Notes: a model not told the origin generated them from the sequence alone. Positions 24,337 through 37,224 are shown, numbered from the stretch's first letter. The stretch: 49,930 bases of DNA from Octopus bimaculoides (GCF_001194135.2 NC_068996.1:57066023-57115952), one strand, 5' to 3'. Numbers and translations: made by a program.

Positions 24337-24508
24337 ATCATCATCATCACCATTTAACATCTATGGCCCATGATGGTCCAAGTCTAATGATTCAACCGGA
24401 TCTCGTGGATCCTAGAACTGCATTGTGTCCCCATGTCTACTTTGACATGGTTCCTACTGCTGGATGCCCCTCCTAATACCAACTACTTTACAGCATATAC
24501 TGGGTGCT

Positions 24509-24544
<36 letters not shown>

Positions 24545-24695
24545 CATAGTACCAGCACAAGTGAGGTTGCCATGCAGCTCTCAAGTCTATAAACCTTGAG
24601 AGAGGCAGCTTTATACTAAGAGAGGAGGAGGTTAAGGTATGAGAGAAGGGACTAGAACAGGTTTCTTGCTGTAGAGAGGCTACATGTATACTCAC
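24337..24695 (-). mobile_element. SINE-like element with RTE-type tail and internal poly-T run
   Basis: (CAT)n end followed by GCTGGATGCCCCTCCTAATACCAAC...TGGGTGCTT, the reverse complement of the RTE tail. Confidence 0.7.
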
Positions 24696-24732
24696 AGAGT
24701 GGGTGGGAGGGATATTTATTATCACTCCCACC

Positions 24733-24812
<80 letters not shown>

Positions 24813-24858
24813 TGTATTTAAAGTATTGAACTTAAATTGCATTTTATTTCTTCTTTAG

Positions 24859-25085
24859 GTAAACAGGCCATTACCTGGGGGGCCTAGTGCAGACAGAACT
24901 CCAGTTTTCAACGAAACAGTTCCTCTTTCTGGAAATCTAATTAATGAGTATCGGGGAAGTTCAATGTCTCATCCACGTATCTCGTCACCACCATCGTCGC
25001 CTTACAACCAACCACGCTGTACAACAGTAAATGCTGCAACAAGTCCCATGGCTCAGCCTTCCTCAGCTTCGTCCTTTTTTGCCAG
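24859..25085 (+). CDS. KIF26: KIF26-like kinesin-11, internal exon A (phase 0 to 2): VNRPLPGGPS...SPMAQPSSASSFFA(R)
   Basis: Acceptor ATTTTATTTCTTCTTTAG, 227-nt stop-free frame, donor AG|GTATGT. Ends in SSFFAR, which precedes AAQKL in KIF26A/B as I recall them. Confidence 0.82.
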
Positions 25086-25924
25086 GTATGTCATGGAATT
25101 CAATTTTATTAAATTTATATCCTTTTCCATCCTCACAACACACTGGTTCACTGCTACAATCTCTTGCACACACTCCTCTTACATATATTAGCAATCTACC
25201 TGCATAGTTCAGTCTGTAAAGCATCAGATTCACAAGTGATCTGAGGGTCGTATGTTGAAGCTGGTGAATGAGTGCATTCAAGGCTTATGAGTTAAACTGA
25301 ATCCTCTCTATGTGGCTGCTCAACTTGGTCAAAACAGAACATGAAGCAAGTACCATTATAAGACATTTTTCAATTAACCATTAATAAAATATAAACACAC
25401 AGGCAAAACAAGAATGTAAAATGCAAAATACACACCTTTGAATCTAGATTATGATTTTTTTTCTATCTGACATGAAAAAAACCATAGAAAATATCCAAAA
25501 GTCAAAAAGTGTACAAAATCACAGGAATACAACTAAATGAATCACTGTACACTCGTCCACTGGTGTAGCTAGAGGGAGGCAGGTGGCACTTTTATGAGGG
25601 TGGCATCAGTCTTGGGTCTGCTGTGGGCAATATGTATTTTTTCTGAGGGTCCAGGGGCAGCAAACTGAAGGGCTTCCCTGGATGGTACACACTCTGGCTA
25701 CACTAGGGAACTTACCCTCCTTACACACATACCTATCTGCTTCAGAAATATTGAGGAAATTCATCCTGGACACTACATATCTTTTACCTTTACCTACATG
25801 ATCTTCCCACATGTCCACAAAATAAGTATACACCTACATATATAGATAATTACACACCTACATATATAGATAATTACACACCTACATACCACCATCATTC
25901 TTCAGACATTGTCACACTGCTATT

Positions 25925-26169
25925 CTAACCATATTAGACCATATTTCTGTTACCAAATTTCTGTTAAAATTCATTGCTTTTGCTTCAATTAATTTCAGAA
26001 ATAACAAAGAACTTTGTAAAATAACTTTTGTCATTATTAAACTGGTTTTTGTAATATAAATTAAAATAAAAATTTTGATGGAGAATTTTAATTTAGATCA
26101 CTTTAAAACAGGGAATTTGTATCATAGATCTAAAGGCAGTCTCAGGCAGGTTGGTATCAAACAGGTTTA
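25925..26169. mobile_element. Possible non-autonomous DNA element (MITE-like), diverged
   Basis: Ends GGTTGGTATCAAACAGGTTTAA and resembles an AT-rich TTAA-ended repeat I recall from octopus. The left end is poorly conserved and there is no second copy in the window. Confidence 0.35.
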
Positions 26170-26206
26170 AAGCACTTAGCACCCTAATAAATCACCCCCC
26201 TCTCTC

Positions 26207-26270
<64 letters not shown>

Positions 26271-27440
26271 NNNNNNNNNNNNNNNNNNNNGATTCTCTTT
26301 TGAATGTAACAGCCAGAGTAAAACTTTTCAAAGATTTGCTTACTAAATTGTCATACCTAATATCTTAAACATACACAAAAATATAAATAATAAAAACTCC
26401 TCTGCAACATTCACAGCACACACAGAATAAATTAATAAACAAAGTGAGCCAATGCACTCACAATTCATTATTCTTGGCCAATAGAAAGAAATAACAATGC
26501 TGTTTGTGTGAATCCATCATAGATTTATCATCATTACCACCAAACACCACCACCATCACCATCATCGTTGTCGTCGTCATCATCATCATCATCATCATCA
26601 TTGTTATTGTATGCACAATAACAGAGAGACATGATATTCTTGCTCTACCCATTGCAGTTTTTGTAATTGGTTGTGGTTCCTTGGTCAGATGATTAGAGCT
26701 GATCACTAATTCAAAAATTTGAAATTCAAATGCCTAAGAGCCAAAATAGATATCTGAAAGTATCTCACCCCCCATATGGTCTGATAATTCTGTTCATCCA
26801 CAACACTGGATTGGGATTGGGTTTATTAACCCTAAAAAATTTTAAAGTTGACTTTGATAGGGTTTAATCTTACAGCACAGGGATTCAGAGCAAATATTGC
26901 TGGACATTTAATCCAATATTTTAACAACTGCCTAATCATAGATTCTGTCAAGCCTTACCAGTGTTCTCAGATGCTCCACACCAAACCACAATAAACTAAA
27001 AGGACTCAGAACACTACACATCATCACAGATTGTACCCTGACCAAATCCTAAGACCACAAATAAGGAAGTAATTCCTCTAATAATGAAAGGACGTTTGGG
27101 AAAGAGAGAACAGCACATCGCTACAGCAATCTTCAATTACACAGTCACTACCACAATATGAAAAGTCACTACTGAGTACTCACAGATTTACACAGAGAAC
27201 CTCACAACTCTACGATTATAAAAGTCTAAAGAAACTCTTTCAGCCAGCAGAAACAAATATGAAAACATTAAACACTGCATTGGGATACATACCAACAACA
27301 ACAAATACAATCAGCAACTGACATATTTTGACTAAGTCCATCTTACTCAAACCTACAAGTGCACAGATAATGACTCCAGCTCCACCATATGATTTAAATC
27401 ATCTACTGTTCATCCGAGTCATCTTATTTCCTCTTTCTTG

Positions 27441-27575
27441 TCATCATCATCTTATCAACATCCATATTTTTTATGCTTGCATGGGTCAAACAGAATTTGT
27501 TGAGTCAAACTTTTTATAGCTGGATGCTCTTCCTGTCACTGACCCCCGCCTGTTTCCAACCAAGGCAATATTTCC
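27441..27575 (-). mobile_element. RTE-type 3' tail fragment
   Basis: (CAT)n followed by TTTATGCTTGCATGGGTC...AGCTGGATGCTCTTCCTGTCACTGACCC. Confidence 0.7.
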
Positions 27576-27680
27576 TAATGACTGAATATATTTTCTGGGA
27601 AGATTGAAAACAAATGACACTGCTTACCTGACATTTGATGCTCATTTGTAACTGTCATGACATGTCAACACACACATACA

Positions 27681-27861
27681 CATAGCAGGCTTCTTACAGT
27701 TTCCGTCTACCAAATTCACTCTCAGGCTTTGGTCAGCCAGAGACCATAGTAAAAGACATTCACTCCCCACCCCCACCCCTGCCCCAAAGATTTCACTCAG
27801 TGGGATTGAACCTGAAACCATGCAAAACAAACTTCATAATCACACAGCCATGTCTGTGCCT
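27681..27861 (-). mobile_element. SINE family B 5' half, ending about 40 nt before the exon B acceptor
   Basis: CAGTTTCCGTCTACCAAATTCACTC...GTGGGATTGAACC...CACACAGCCATGTCTGTGCC. Confidence 0.75.
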
Positions 27862-27900
27862 ATGACACTCATGTATTTTTTTTTTCTTCTTGTTTTCCAG

Positions 27901-28072
27901 AGCTGCCCAGAAATTAAGTATATCCTCAAAGAAGAAAAAGAAGTCACACATGGACCCTGAATTACCAATTTTTCCAACATGTTACAGTGAAATCATAAGA
28001 CTAAATCCACCACCAGCACCGCCTTATTTACTGAGGAATGCAGGGAAAATGCAGAACCCAGGGATTGGGAAG
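27901..28072 (+). CDS. KIF26: KIF26-like kinesin-11, internal exon B (phase 2 to 0): (R)[57 protein letters not shown]
   Basis: Acceptor (T)n CTTCTTGTTTTCCAG, donor AAG|GTATGT, phase matches exon A. The peptide matches the pre-motor AAQKL..SKKKK...PPPAPP.LLR...PG.GK block of vertebrate KIF26A/B (from memory; confirm by BLASTP). Confidence 0.9.
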
Positions 28073-28105
28073 GTATGTATATGTTTGAGAGAGAGAGACT
28101 CTTTA

Positions 28106-28192
<87 letters not shown>

Positions 28193-28341
28193 TTATGTAT
28201 GTATGTGTGTGTTGTGTCTGCATGTATATGCATATGTTCATGCACATGTAAATGCATATGTGTGTGTGTGTGTGTACATATGTGTAAATTGCACTTTTAA
28301 AGACCTGTGAAACAAAGAGATTTCTTCTTTGTAAAACAGAT

Positions 28342-28435
28342 AAGGGTTTGTGACAGGAAGAGCATCCAGCTGGAAAATCCTGCTTCAGATATATTTCTGA
28401 TCGAACTCATGCTACTATGAAAAAGTGGATGAATG
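28342..28435 (+). mobile_element. RTE-type 3' tail fragment
   Basis: GGGTTTGTGACAGGAAGAGCATCCAGCT...CATGCTACTATGAAAAAGTGGATG. Confidence 0.65.
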
Positions 28436-28871
28436 TGTGTGTACGTTAAATGAATGAACAAGCAATATGCATGTATGTGTGTCATTATTCAGTTATGTAT
28501 GTATGACAAGCTAAAAGTACAAACCATTGACCTGTATTATTTGTTATAACTTGCATTGGTTTGGCTTTATAAAAAGAAAATTAAAAGGAAAAATATATAT
28601 ATCAGACAATGCTTCATACAAACTATACTACTTTACAATATATATATATATACTCTACTTTCTATGTTCTACGTTATATATTTTAATAATTACTTGTATT
28701 TTTATATATGTAAAGCATAAGCTGTTATACATGTATATGTATTGTTATAATTGTTTTTTTAAAAAAATAAATAAATAGACATAATATAATGTCTAAAATT
28801 TAATGAATACCACCTCTTGATCCCCTCCATTTTCTTATTGCCATATATATATATGTATATATATTGCCATA

Positions 28872-28932
<61 letters not shown>

Positions 28933-29634
28933 GTATAAGCTAGAAACATCATTGGCCACATTGATAGGGCTTCTGCTCAGTTGTACTGTTGTGTATCTGA
29001 TCAAATCACTTAACTCTCAACAGCCAAGTCTGCATAACTCCAAGTAAATTAATTCAAATTGTGAGACTTTACTGGATTGCCTGAGTTGCTAAAAACAGTA
29101 ACCAAATCACCTTAAAATCACATCATACTATCATTAAAAATTAAAGTAGACACATTGGATAATATAGTCTTAGTTATGCAAAAAGTGAAGGTGATGAAAG
29201 TTGGTCTGTCTTTCAACTTTATTCTGCTCAATCAAGGTTAACCAGGGGCTAAACAACAACATTCAATTCTAATCAGGTATCATCACTGTGTGAGGTATCT
29301 CACTTCTGTAAATTGTGTTAGCACAAAGTGAGAAGCGATCGATTGCCATGCAGTGATACATCTTCATTTGGATAGATTTATCCAAGTGGAAGAATGAGAC
29401 TTTCTTCTGATTAATGCTAAATAATAAACCCAAATAAGCACTGGCATTTAGAGACTCAAATTTCTTCACAATTGGTGCAAGTATTAACTTTTTATATACA
29501 CCGAAATATTGAGCAGTGAACAGGGATCTTTAAAAAAAAACAATAGCTACATATTGGGTAGTGGCAACCCAGTCTACCTATAGTATGCCAAAGCTCAACT
29601 ACACTCTGTGTGTGTGTGTGTGTGGGTGTAACAT

Positions 29635-29706
<72 letters not shown>

Positions 29707-29776
29707 GCATGTATTTACTTTACAATATTTGCAATATAAGTGTGTGCATGTGTGTGTGTGTGTGTGCATTTTAAGG

Positions 29777-30151
29777 TTATCTCTACAGATTTTCTGTAGA
29801 AATTATATTCAACACTGATTTATTACAATGTTTCTTATCCAAACACATCCAACGAAAACAACAATGAGATTGAAGCTGAAAAATGGGTAATGGGTGTATA
29901 TACCAGAAATGTGTTCAGTATGTAAAATTGGTCTATCTAATAGTGTTACACCACTGTATGTGATGGCCATTTAAGCAATGAGTTTATGGATGATTAATGG
30001 TTTGGATGTGGCACTGAAGAAAGAACAAGAACTCCTGAAATATGGCTGATACACCCTTTGATCACATTGTTTACATTAGACATATTCGGATATGAAACGT
30101 CGTAACGAATCAGTGATGGATATAAATTCTATAAAAATTCTGTAGAGATAA
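29777..30151. mobile_element. Element with 64-bp imperfect terminal inverted repeats
   Basis: Arms 29777-29840 and 30088-30151; 53/64 positions complementary by hand alignment; no coding content recognised. Confidence 0.7.
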
Positions 30152-31104
30152 AAATTCTGATTTAATAACACTGCTAACACAGAAGAACACAGTTCTCAAT
30201 TATGAAAACGTTTATTTACTTTGTAGTAATATTATGGTTACATAAGGAAATTCCACGTCCCTACAAGTAATAAATACAAATGTGTGTGTCCCCATTTTCA
30301 GTCTGAGGGCCTGGAGTGAGGTTTCAGGTACAACCACAAATCCTGACTACATACTGTGGTCTTGAACTGTAACTAGACACCACTCCACCAGTATTGGAAT
30401 ACTGAATTATTTGCTCTACCCACCTGATCTCGCAACACCTGCTTTCTATGCATCATCTGGTGTGCTCTTGATCGTTTGGAGCTAGCCATTCTTACAATAT
30501 TACTGACCAGACTATCATTTTTAGAAGTTTCAACTTGAACGTTGAAGTATTTACTGAGCTCATAGTCTTTCCATATTATATTGTCTAAGTTCACGCATAC
30601 ACAATACTTTTCAGCTTTGACTGAGTTTATAAAAAAATATCAAAAAATGTCTTTCAATGACTTCTGCTTGAAAAACATGTTCCCTTGTATAAAATTTCAG
30701 CTGGTTCAGTGTAAAAATTGTTGACTGCGACCTGAAGCATTCATATACTTCTGTATATAAATGTATGTGTCTGTGTGTGCGCACATGCATCTTCATGTGT
30801 GTATGAGCGTGTGAGCTTGCTCGTGCACATATATGTGTGTGCAATTGTGAGTATGTGTGTCTGTANNNNNNNNNNATATATATTCCTGTTTCCAAAGAAG
30901 AGTTATGCTCAAAATGTAAGACAACCACTCTTTTCCTTCTCTGAGTATCTTATTAATACTTTGCTTGTGCTGTGTCCTCATGTGTTTTTCTCAGTTTTTT
31001 TAATTAACTATATACATATATATATATATATATATATACAAACACACACACACACACGCATACACATATATGTGTGTGCATGTATCTATGTGTATATGTA
31101 TGCA

Positions 31105-31140
<36 letters not shown>

Positions 31141-31283
31141 TGTTTGAGCGTATCTGAAAGATGGTATATTTAACCATGTGTTTTTCGGCTGAACGCATGC
31201 ATAAGTAACGTGAAACTTGAGTCAAGTTGGGGTGAATCACCAGCTTTGTAATATAATATACATACATACATACATACATACAT

Positions 31284-31326
<43 letters not shown>

Positions 31327-33104
31327 GAGAGAGGGGCATAGATAGATTACATTGTATTATATTTTATTATACATACACACATACTGACATACGTAAATAC
31401 ACACACACACAATGTAAAACCTTCTCAAACTTTAGAGATGTGTAGTCTTACAAGCTGCGTTGATTCTTCACGCTGGTCACACATACACAAACGACATCAC
31501 TGAAACATGCTTATATATGTACGTGAAAGCTTAGGCCGTTTCTCGTCATGTCCAAAGACTACTTCAGCTCTTCAACTCGGAGAACAGTCGCTGACCCTCT
31601 CCACCAAACAGAAATTACTTGCACACAATGGATTATTACATTACTCATAGAGTTGAGGTACCTGCTGCTGTTTCACACGCAAAAATGAAGAACATGGCTA
31701 TTGAAGATGATCTCTTCATGTACGTTATATTCGTTCAATTGATATTATCTTAGGGCCAGTGACATAACTTGCTGTTATATCACTCCCACTCCACCACCCG
31801 CCTTCCCGATATCTTTCTATCTTATGTACTATCAAAGGTTCCTTCCTCCATCACCCTTCTACATCCTCTCTCACCCATAATCTGAAATGTTAATGTCCAG
31901 AAAAGAATTTATTCCTATCGATTCTACGACAACCATTCTCAGTATGTTTTGTTATTATCTGTGCATCTCTTGTCCCCTTATAGTCAGTTTTTCCTTCAAA
32001 TTCTTCCATTCTCTGCAGCATGATTCGGCTTTAGCTGTGTTTACTGAGTGAAAAACATGATTTATTCTATTATTTTATTTTATTGTTCTTCTGCTTCTTT
32101 TATGTCCCGTACCGATGGTATATTACAGCTAATATCCAAAAATCTATTCTACAGATGGAATAAATAAATGGATGCTGGGTGTCAAATAATGAAGGCAATT
32201 TAATGGCCACAGAAATTATCCATCTAACTCGTTTCTCTATCTGCTGCAATCATTTTTGCTTTTTCTGGGGATGGGGTGGTTTTTTGTTATTGGTTTGTTA
32301 GTTTTTATTTTGTTTTTCTTTTTGGAGATTTCCATCAAGATTTATTATTTTGGGAATTTTTGTTCAAAGATTTAGGGTTTTTCCAGAACATTCCAGTTGT
32401 GTCTTCGTTTATAGCTATTTTCTTCAGCTTGCTATTGTTGGTGTTAGTATTCCTGCCACCACCACTACCATCATCACGTGACCTGTGAGATGAAGTAGCC
32501 AAGAACCAAATTTGTCTCAGACTACTCCATATTGTCTTTAAAAAGTGAAGGATATGAAACTATATAATCTATTACGGAGATGCACTTGCATAGCAAGTGA
32601 CCTGATCTGAGATCGTGTGCTGGAACGAAAACAATTGCAACGTGGAAGGTGTTCATAAGCCATTTAAGAAACACGCAAAAACCGTCAGATTCACTTCAAC
32701 ATTTAAATTTAATTTGCCAAAATATTTTCGTCGCTTTGAGACCGTGACCTTTTCACTGACAAAATTCTGTGCTGCATCTTTATATATAATCCATGATATG
32801 CAGAGAAAAAAAAAGTGAGATAAGCACAACTGGAGAACCTAATGGGCAATCTGCCCAGGCGATGCTTTTACGAGAGCGGCACTTTTGGGTCTGCTGTATA
32901 AACATGTACAGGCTTAAACTATGGGTGACTGAAGCATTGGGCAGTACACACTGTAGCTACATCACTGGTCATGTGATAGATCAGCTTAATCAGGATTGGG
33001 TTGTAAAAGCAACATTGAAAGATGCCAGTGTAATAACATTACATGGATCAATGAGTTTTGTTAGATTAAAATTTTCACATGTGGGAAGAGTAAGTGAGTG
33101 AATC

Positions 33105-34078
33105 AACAAGATATACATATCTCATGCTTACCAGCCAACGACACAAAACTCGCAGAATCAGTCAAGGAAACTTCTGATGCCACGCTCTTACAGAAAGATC
33201 TAGATACATGGGCTGAGGATAACAGCATGCAATTTAATGCAAATAAATTCCAGGCCCTCCGTTACCAGTTAAGCACTGCTCAGGAATCACGACATCAGTA
33301 CGTTGGACCAAGTGGAGCAACAATCCCAGAATCAAATACGGTGCGTGATCTTGGAATAGAAATGAGCAACAATGCCTCATTTCACACACATATCAACAAA
33401 ATGGTGGCAGTATCCAGAAGACTGACTGGTTGGATTCTGAGAACCTTCCAGACAAGGGACCAAGAAACTATGATGACACTATGGAAGTTATTTATTCTCA
33501 GCCGGGTGGACTACTGCTCTCAGCTACGGTCACCTTATACTACAAGGACGAAACGACATTACACAAAGAAAATTGCATCAATAGAACGACTGAGCTACTG
33601 GGACAGATTGAAAGAGCTACGACTATTCCCTGGAATGAAGGCAGGAGAGGTATGCAGTGGTATATATATGGAAGATACTGGAAGAACCAGTACCAAACTT
33701 TGGAATAAAGAGCTATACCAGACCAGGAACAAGACGTCACTGTGCTGTCCCCACTGTGCCAACTGCTTCATCTCGAGCAAGGACAATGTACTGCAATAGC
33801 TTGGGCTTCAAGGGCCCACAGCTGTTTAATTGTCTGCCGAAGCATCTGAGGAGCCTCTATGGAGTGGATGTAGACGTTTTCAACCGTGAACTTGACCTCT
33901 GCCTTGCTGAGATCCCGGATGGACCAATATCTAGGCAAGAAACTCAAAAGAGGGCAATAACATCGAATTCCATCCTTCACCAAAAGCAGCAGCGACAAAG
34001 GCGGAAATTGGAAAAACGATTACAATGGCGGTGCTCCAGCATGGCCACAGTCATTGGACTGAAATATATAAAAGAATA
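33105..34078 (+). mobile_element. CR1-like LINE 3' end, better preserved copy
   Basis: ANDTKL (decayed ADDTKL)...LQKDL...MQFNANKF...RDLGIEMS...LSRVDYCSQL, with tail GGCGGTGCTCCAGCATGGCCACAGTC. Confidence 0.9.
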
Positions 34079-34403
34079 TTGCCCTTCTGACCGTGCTTAA
34101 AATTTAGACAGAGATGCACAAGATATTAATGATACAATTTACACATAAACAGCACCACTCGAGTAAAGACGCGTAGACACACTCTGTAGTATCTAGATAC
34201 AGCGCATTTTCATATATCTAGATATAAATACGTAAGACATTCAGTAAAATGCGTGAGTGTGTGTGTATATAAGTACACACACGCACGCACACACACACAC
34301 ACACATACATACATACATACACACACATACATATATACATATATACATACATACATACATACATACACACATACATACATACATACATACATACATACAT
34401 ACA

Positions 34404-34436
<33 letters not shown>

Positions 34437-35198
34437 GTATGTCTGTGCAATATGAAGGGAGGACGAGAGATACAATACTAAAAACGTACGAGTACATAGG
34501 TAAAGATTACTAGATAGCCACAGCCATTTATCCATCTGTATCTAGATTAAAAGGATAAATAGCTAAGAAGGTAGATGGATGAGTGAGTGGATGGGTTTTT
34601 GGAAGGTGAAAGGAAGGAAGTGGGTGTTCGCTGGCTGGCTGGCTGGCTGGTTGGCTGGTTGGTTACAGGGTCGACCGATATGTATATATATTAAGACAGA
34701 CATTAAGACAAGTCAAATACGTAAGATATAAAAATAAATACACAATGACACTAGCGTATGGCACGTCGCCAAAAATGTGAGAGAGAGAGCGCGGGCGCGC
34801 GTGTATGGTCACCACCTTTCATCTTATTCGCACTTAATGCTTCGTATAGAAAGATAATAAGTTTCCGGATTTGCACGATTTAACATGCACAAGATGTCCA
34901 GGCCTACAACGCTTAGTAAATATAGAGCAACAGTTTCTTTAAGTCTCTCATACATCGCATAATATTGAGACTGAAACTAACAACAGCTGGTTAATAAAGA
35001 TCACGTTGAATGTGAAGATGACGGCGATGACCACGGCGTCGATGATAACGATCAATGATGTGTGTGTGTGGAGAGAGAGAAAGAGAGAGAGGGAGAGAGA
35101 CATATGCGGGTGAATGTGTGGAGGCGTAGGACAGTATGTGTCGGTGGTGTTTTATTTTTGCGAATGTCTCTATACACACACGCACACAACGTTTTAGT

Positions 35199-35423
35199 AT
35201 ATTCTTGTATTTGTTTTAGTCATTTGACTGCGGCCATGCTGGAGCATCGCCTTTTGATCGAATAAATCGACCCCAGGATTTATTCTTTATAAGCTTCGTA
35301 CTTATTGTATCGGAAACTTTTGCCGAACCGCTAAGTTAGGGGACATAAACACACCAGCATCGGTTGTCAAGCGATGGGGGGGGGGACAAACAGACACACA
35401 AACATATATGCATACACAGATAC

Positions 35424-35470
<47 letters not shown>

Positions 35471-35481
35471 CGACGGGCTTC

Positions 35482-35532
<51 letters not shown>

Positions 35533-35668
35533 CGTCTACCAAATCCACTCACAAGGCTTTGGTTGGCCCGAGGTTATAGTAGAAGACACTTGCCCAAGGT
35601 GCCACACAGTGAGACTGAACCCAGAACCATGTGGTTGGTAAGCAAGTTACTTACCATACAGGCACTCA
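35199..35668 (-). mobile_element. Full-length SINE family B with internal (CA)n and (GATA)n expansions
   Basis: Reverse complement of 20474-20877 along its length. Confidence 0.88.
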
Positions 35669-35677
35669 TATATATAT

Positions 35678-35747
35678 AATTGTAGTGTTCAACAGTCTGC
35701 TCAATTCCTGTGCCGAGGAATTGAACAGACCGTTGAGCACTACAATT
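35678..35747. other. 32-bp stem, 6-nt loop hairpin
   Basis: AATTGTAGTGTTCAACAGTCTGCTCAATTCCT-GTGCCG-AGGAATTGAACAGACCGTTGAGCACTACAATT; 29/32 Watson-Crick pairs. Confidence 0.9.
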
Positions 35748-37131
35748 GTTTCAAAGCACATCGGATATATGTTACGTATGTCCTGTAACTGTCCAGTGTA
35801 TTTTCCCGTCTGATACATGCACCCTCTTTTTTTTTTTCTTCTTTTTTGGAAATAATCCATCACAGAGGGGAATGCAAAAACTGGGCTTGCAGAAAAATAG
35901 AAATAGGAGTGGATATTGGGATTGATAAAGAAGTAATTCCATGCTTTACTTGCCGATTATTTTAGCGAGATAGAGAATGTTGTGGTTTCATTTTGTTATC
36001 AGCATACTCAAATTTTAGTAGCGGCTAAAGTAGATTATAATTTTATTAGTTTTTATGTGGCGTCAATGCTATAAGGCCAGTTGCTTTGGAAGTTGGAATG
36101 TTTACTCTTTATGAGAGATAAAATGAGTAATAAAAGTTCTTAGGGAGAATGAACAAACGAACGGAAGTAGCACTCAACACATAACTTGGAGTTGTATTTA
36201 TTGAGTAACAGACCGACGTAAAGTATTATGTTACTTAAAATTTCGTGGAAGTGAAAAAAAAAAAAACACCAGCTCCCGAGACATAGGGGGGGGATTTCCA
36301 CATACCTGAGGAGCTGATTGTGTTTTGTTTTTTTCACGTTCACGAATCTTTAAGTAACATGAAGAGTGGACAAACGAAGAAAGGGGCACTCAACACATTT
36401 TGCTAAAGTTACATATATTTCTTTAAAATGGAGATAACACAAACTTTTATTAACACCCTCCCCCCACACACACACACTCAAATACACATGCACAAGCACA
36501 CGCACAGTAACGATGGGCTGTATAATCTTGGTTATATATTATACACTTTCCTTAATAAATGTGCTTCTTCCAGTCCTTTGAGACACCTTGTATATAATCA
36601 AGCATAACAGTCTACTTTGTACAATTTAAAGAACGATTTTCAATTCTTAAATTGTAAAGTCTTGCTGTGCAATGTAATTAAATGTAAAAACAAATTTTTT
36701 GTAGCTCTCTGTGGATAGAAAAACATTGAAATTATTCTAACTAGTTTCATCTCTATTTGGTATATCATCGAAAAAGATGTGCCCCCTCTGTGTCTGCGAA
36801 AAGATATTGTACGGCTATTTATATCAAACACAAACCAGGAATCAGCTGGAATGGTAGTTTAATTTACATACGCATGCATATCAATTAGCTTCATTGGTAA
36901 TGTGATTGATTAATTAATTAATTAATTAAGGCTAATACTGCCTTATAATTGTAAAAATGTAGGCATTCCTTAATTATATTTCACGTTATGGTCTGTTGAG
37001 CCTAATTTAGCTAATTAATTAACCAGCATAAGGTTATCTGAATAACGTTATAATTGTTAAAATTGTCATCGCCGGGTTTTAAATTATTTCACAGTAAACT
37101 CTTGGTTACTTTCATAGCTTATTTCACGGTT

Positions 37132-37224
<93 letters not shown>

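Noticed and set aside
25829-25888. 24-bp tandem duplication (about 2.5 copies)
   Set aside because: Ordinary slippage in CA/TA-rich sequence.
26940-27420. A/C-rich stretch that might be a retroelement coding relic
   Set aside because: No recognisable motif in any frame I could read; cannot be assigned without a search.
29186-29215. GTGAAGGTGATG (VKVM) as the KIF26 motor-start exon
   Set aside because: No AG acceptor in front, the continuation (KVGLSFNF) does not resemble a kinesin motor, and it sits in repeat-like sequence.
30395-30450. LYPPDLATPAFY resembling the mariner YSPDLAP motif
   Set aside because: The flanking frames show no other transposase motifs and no TIRs.
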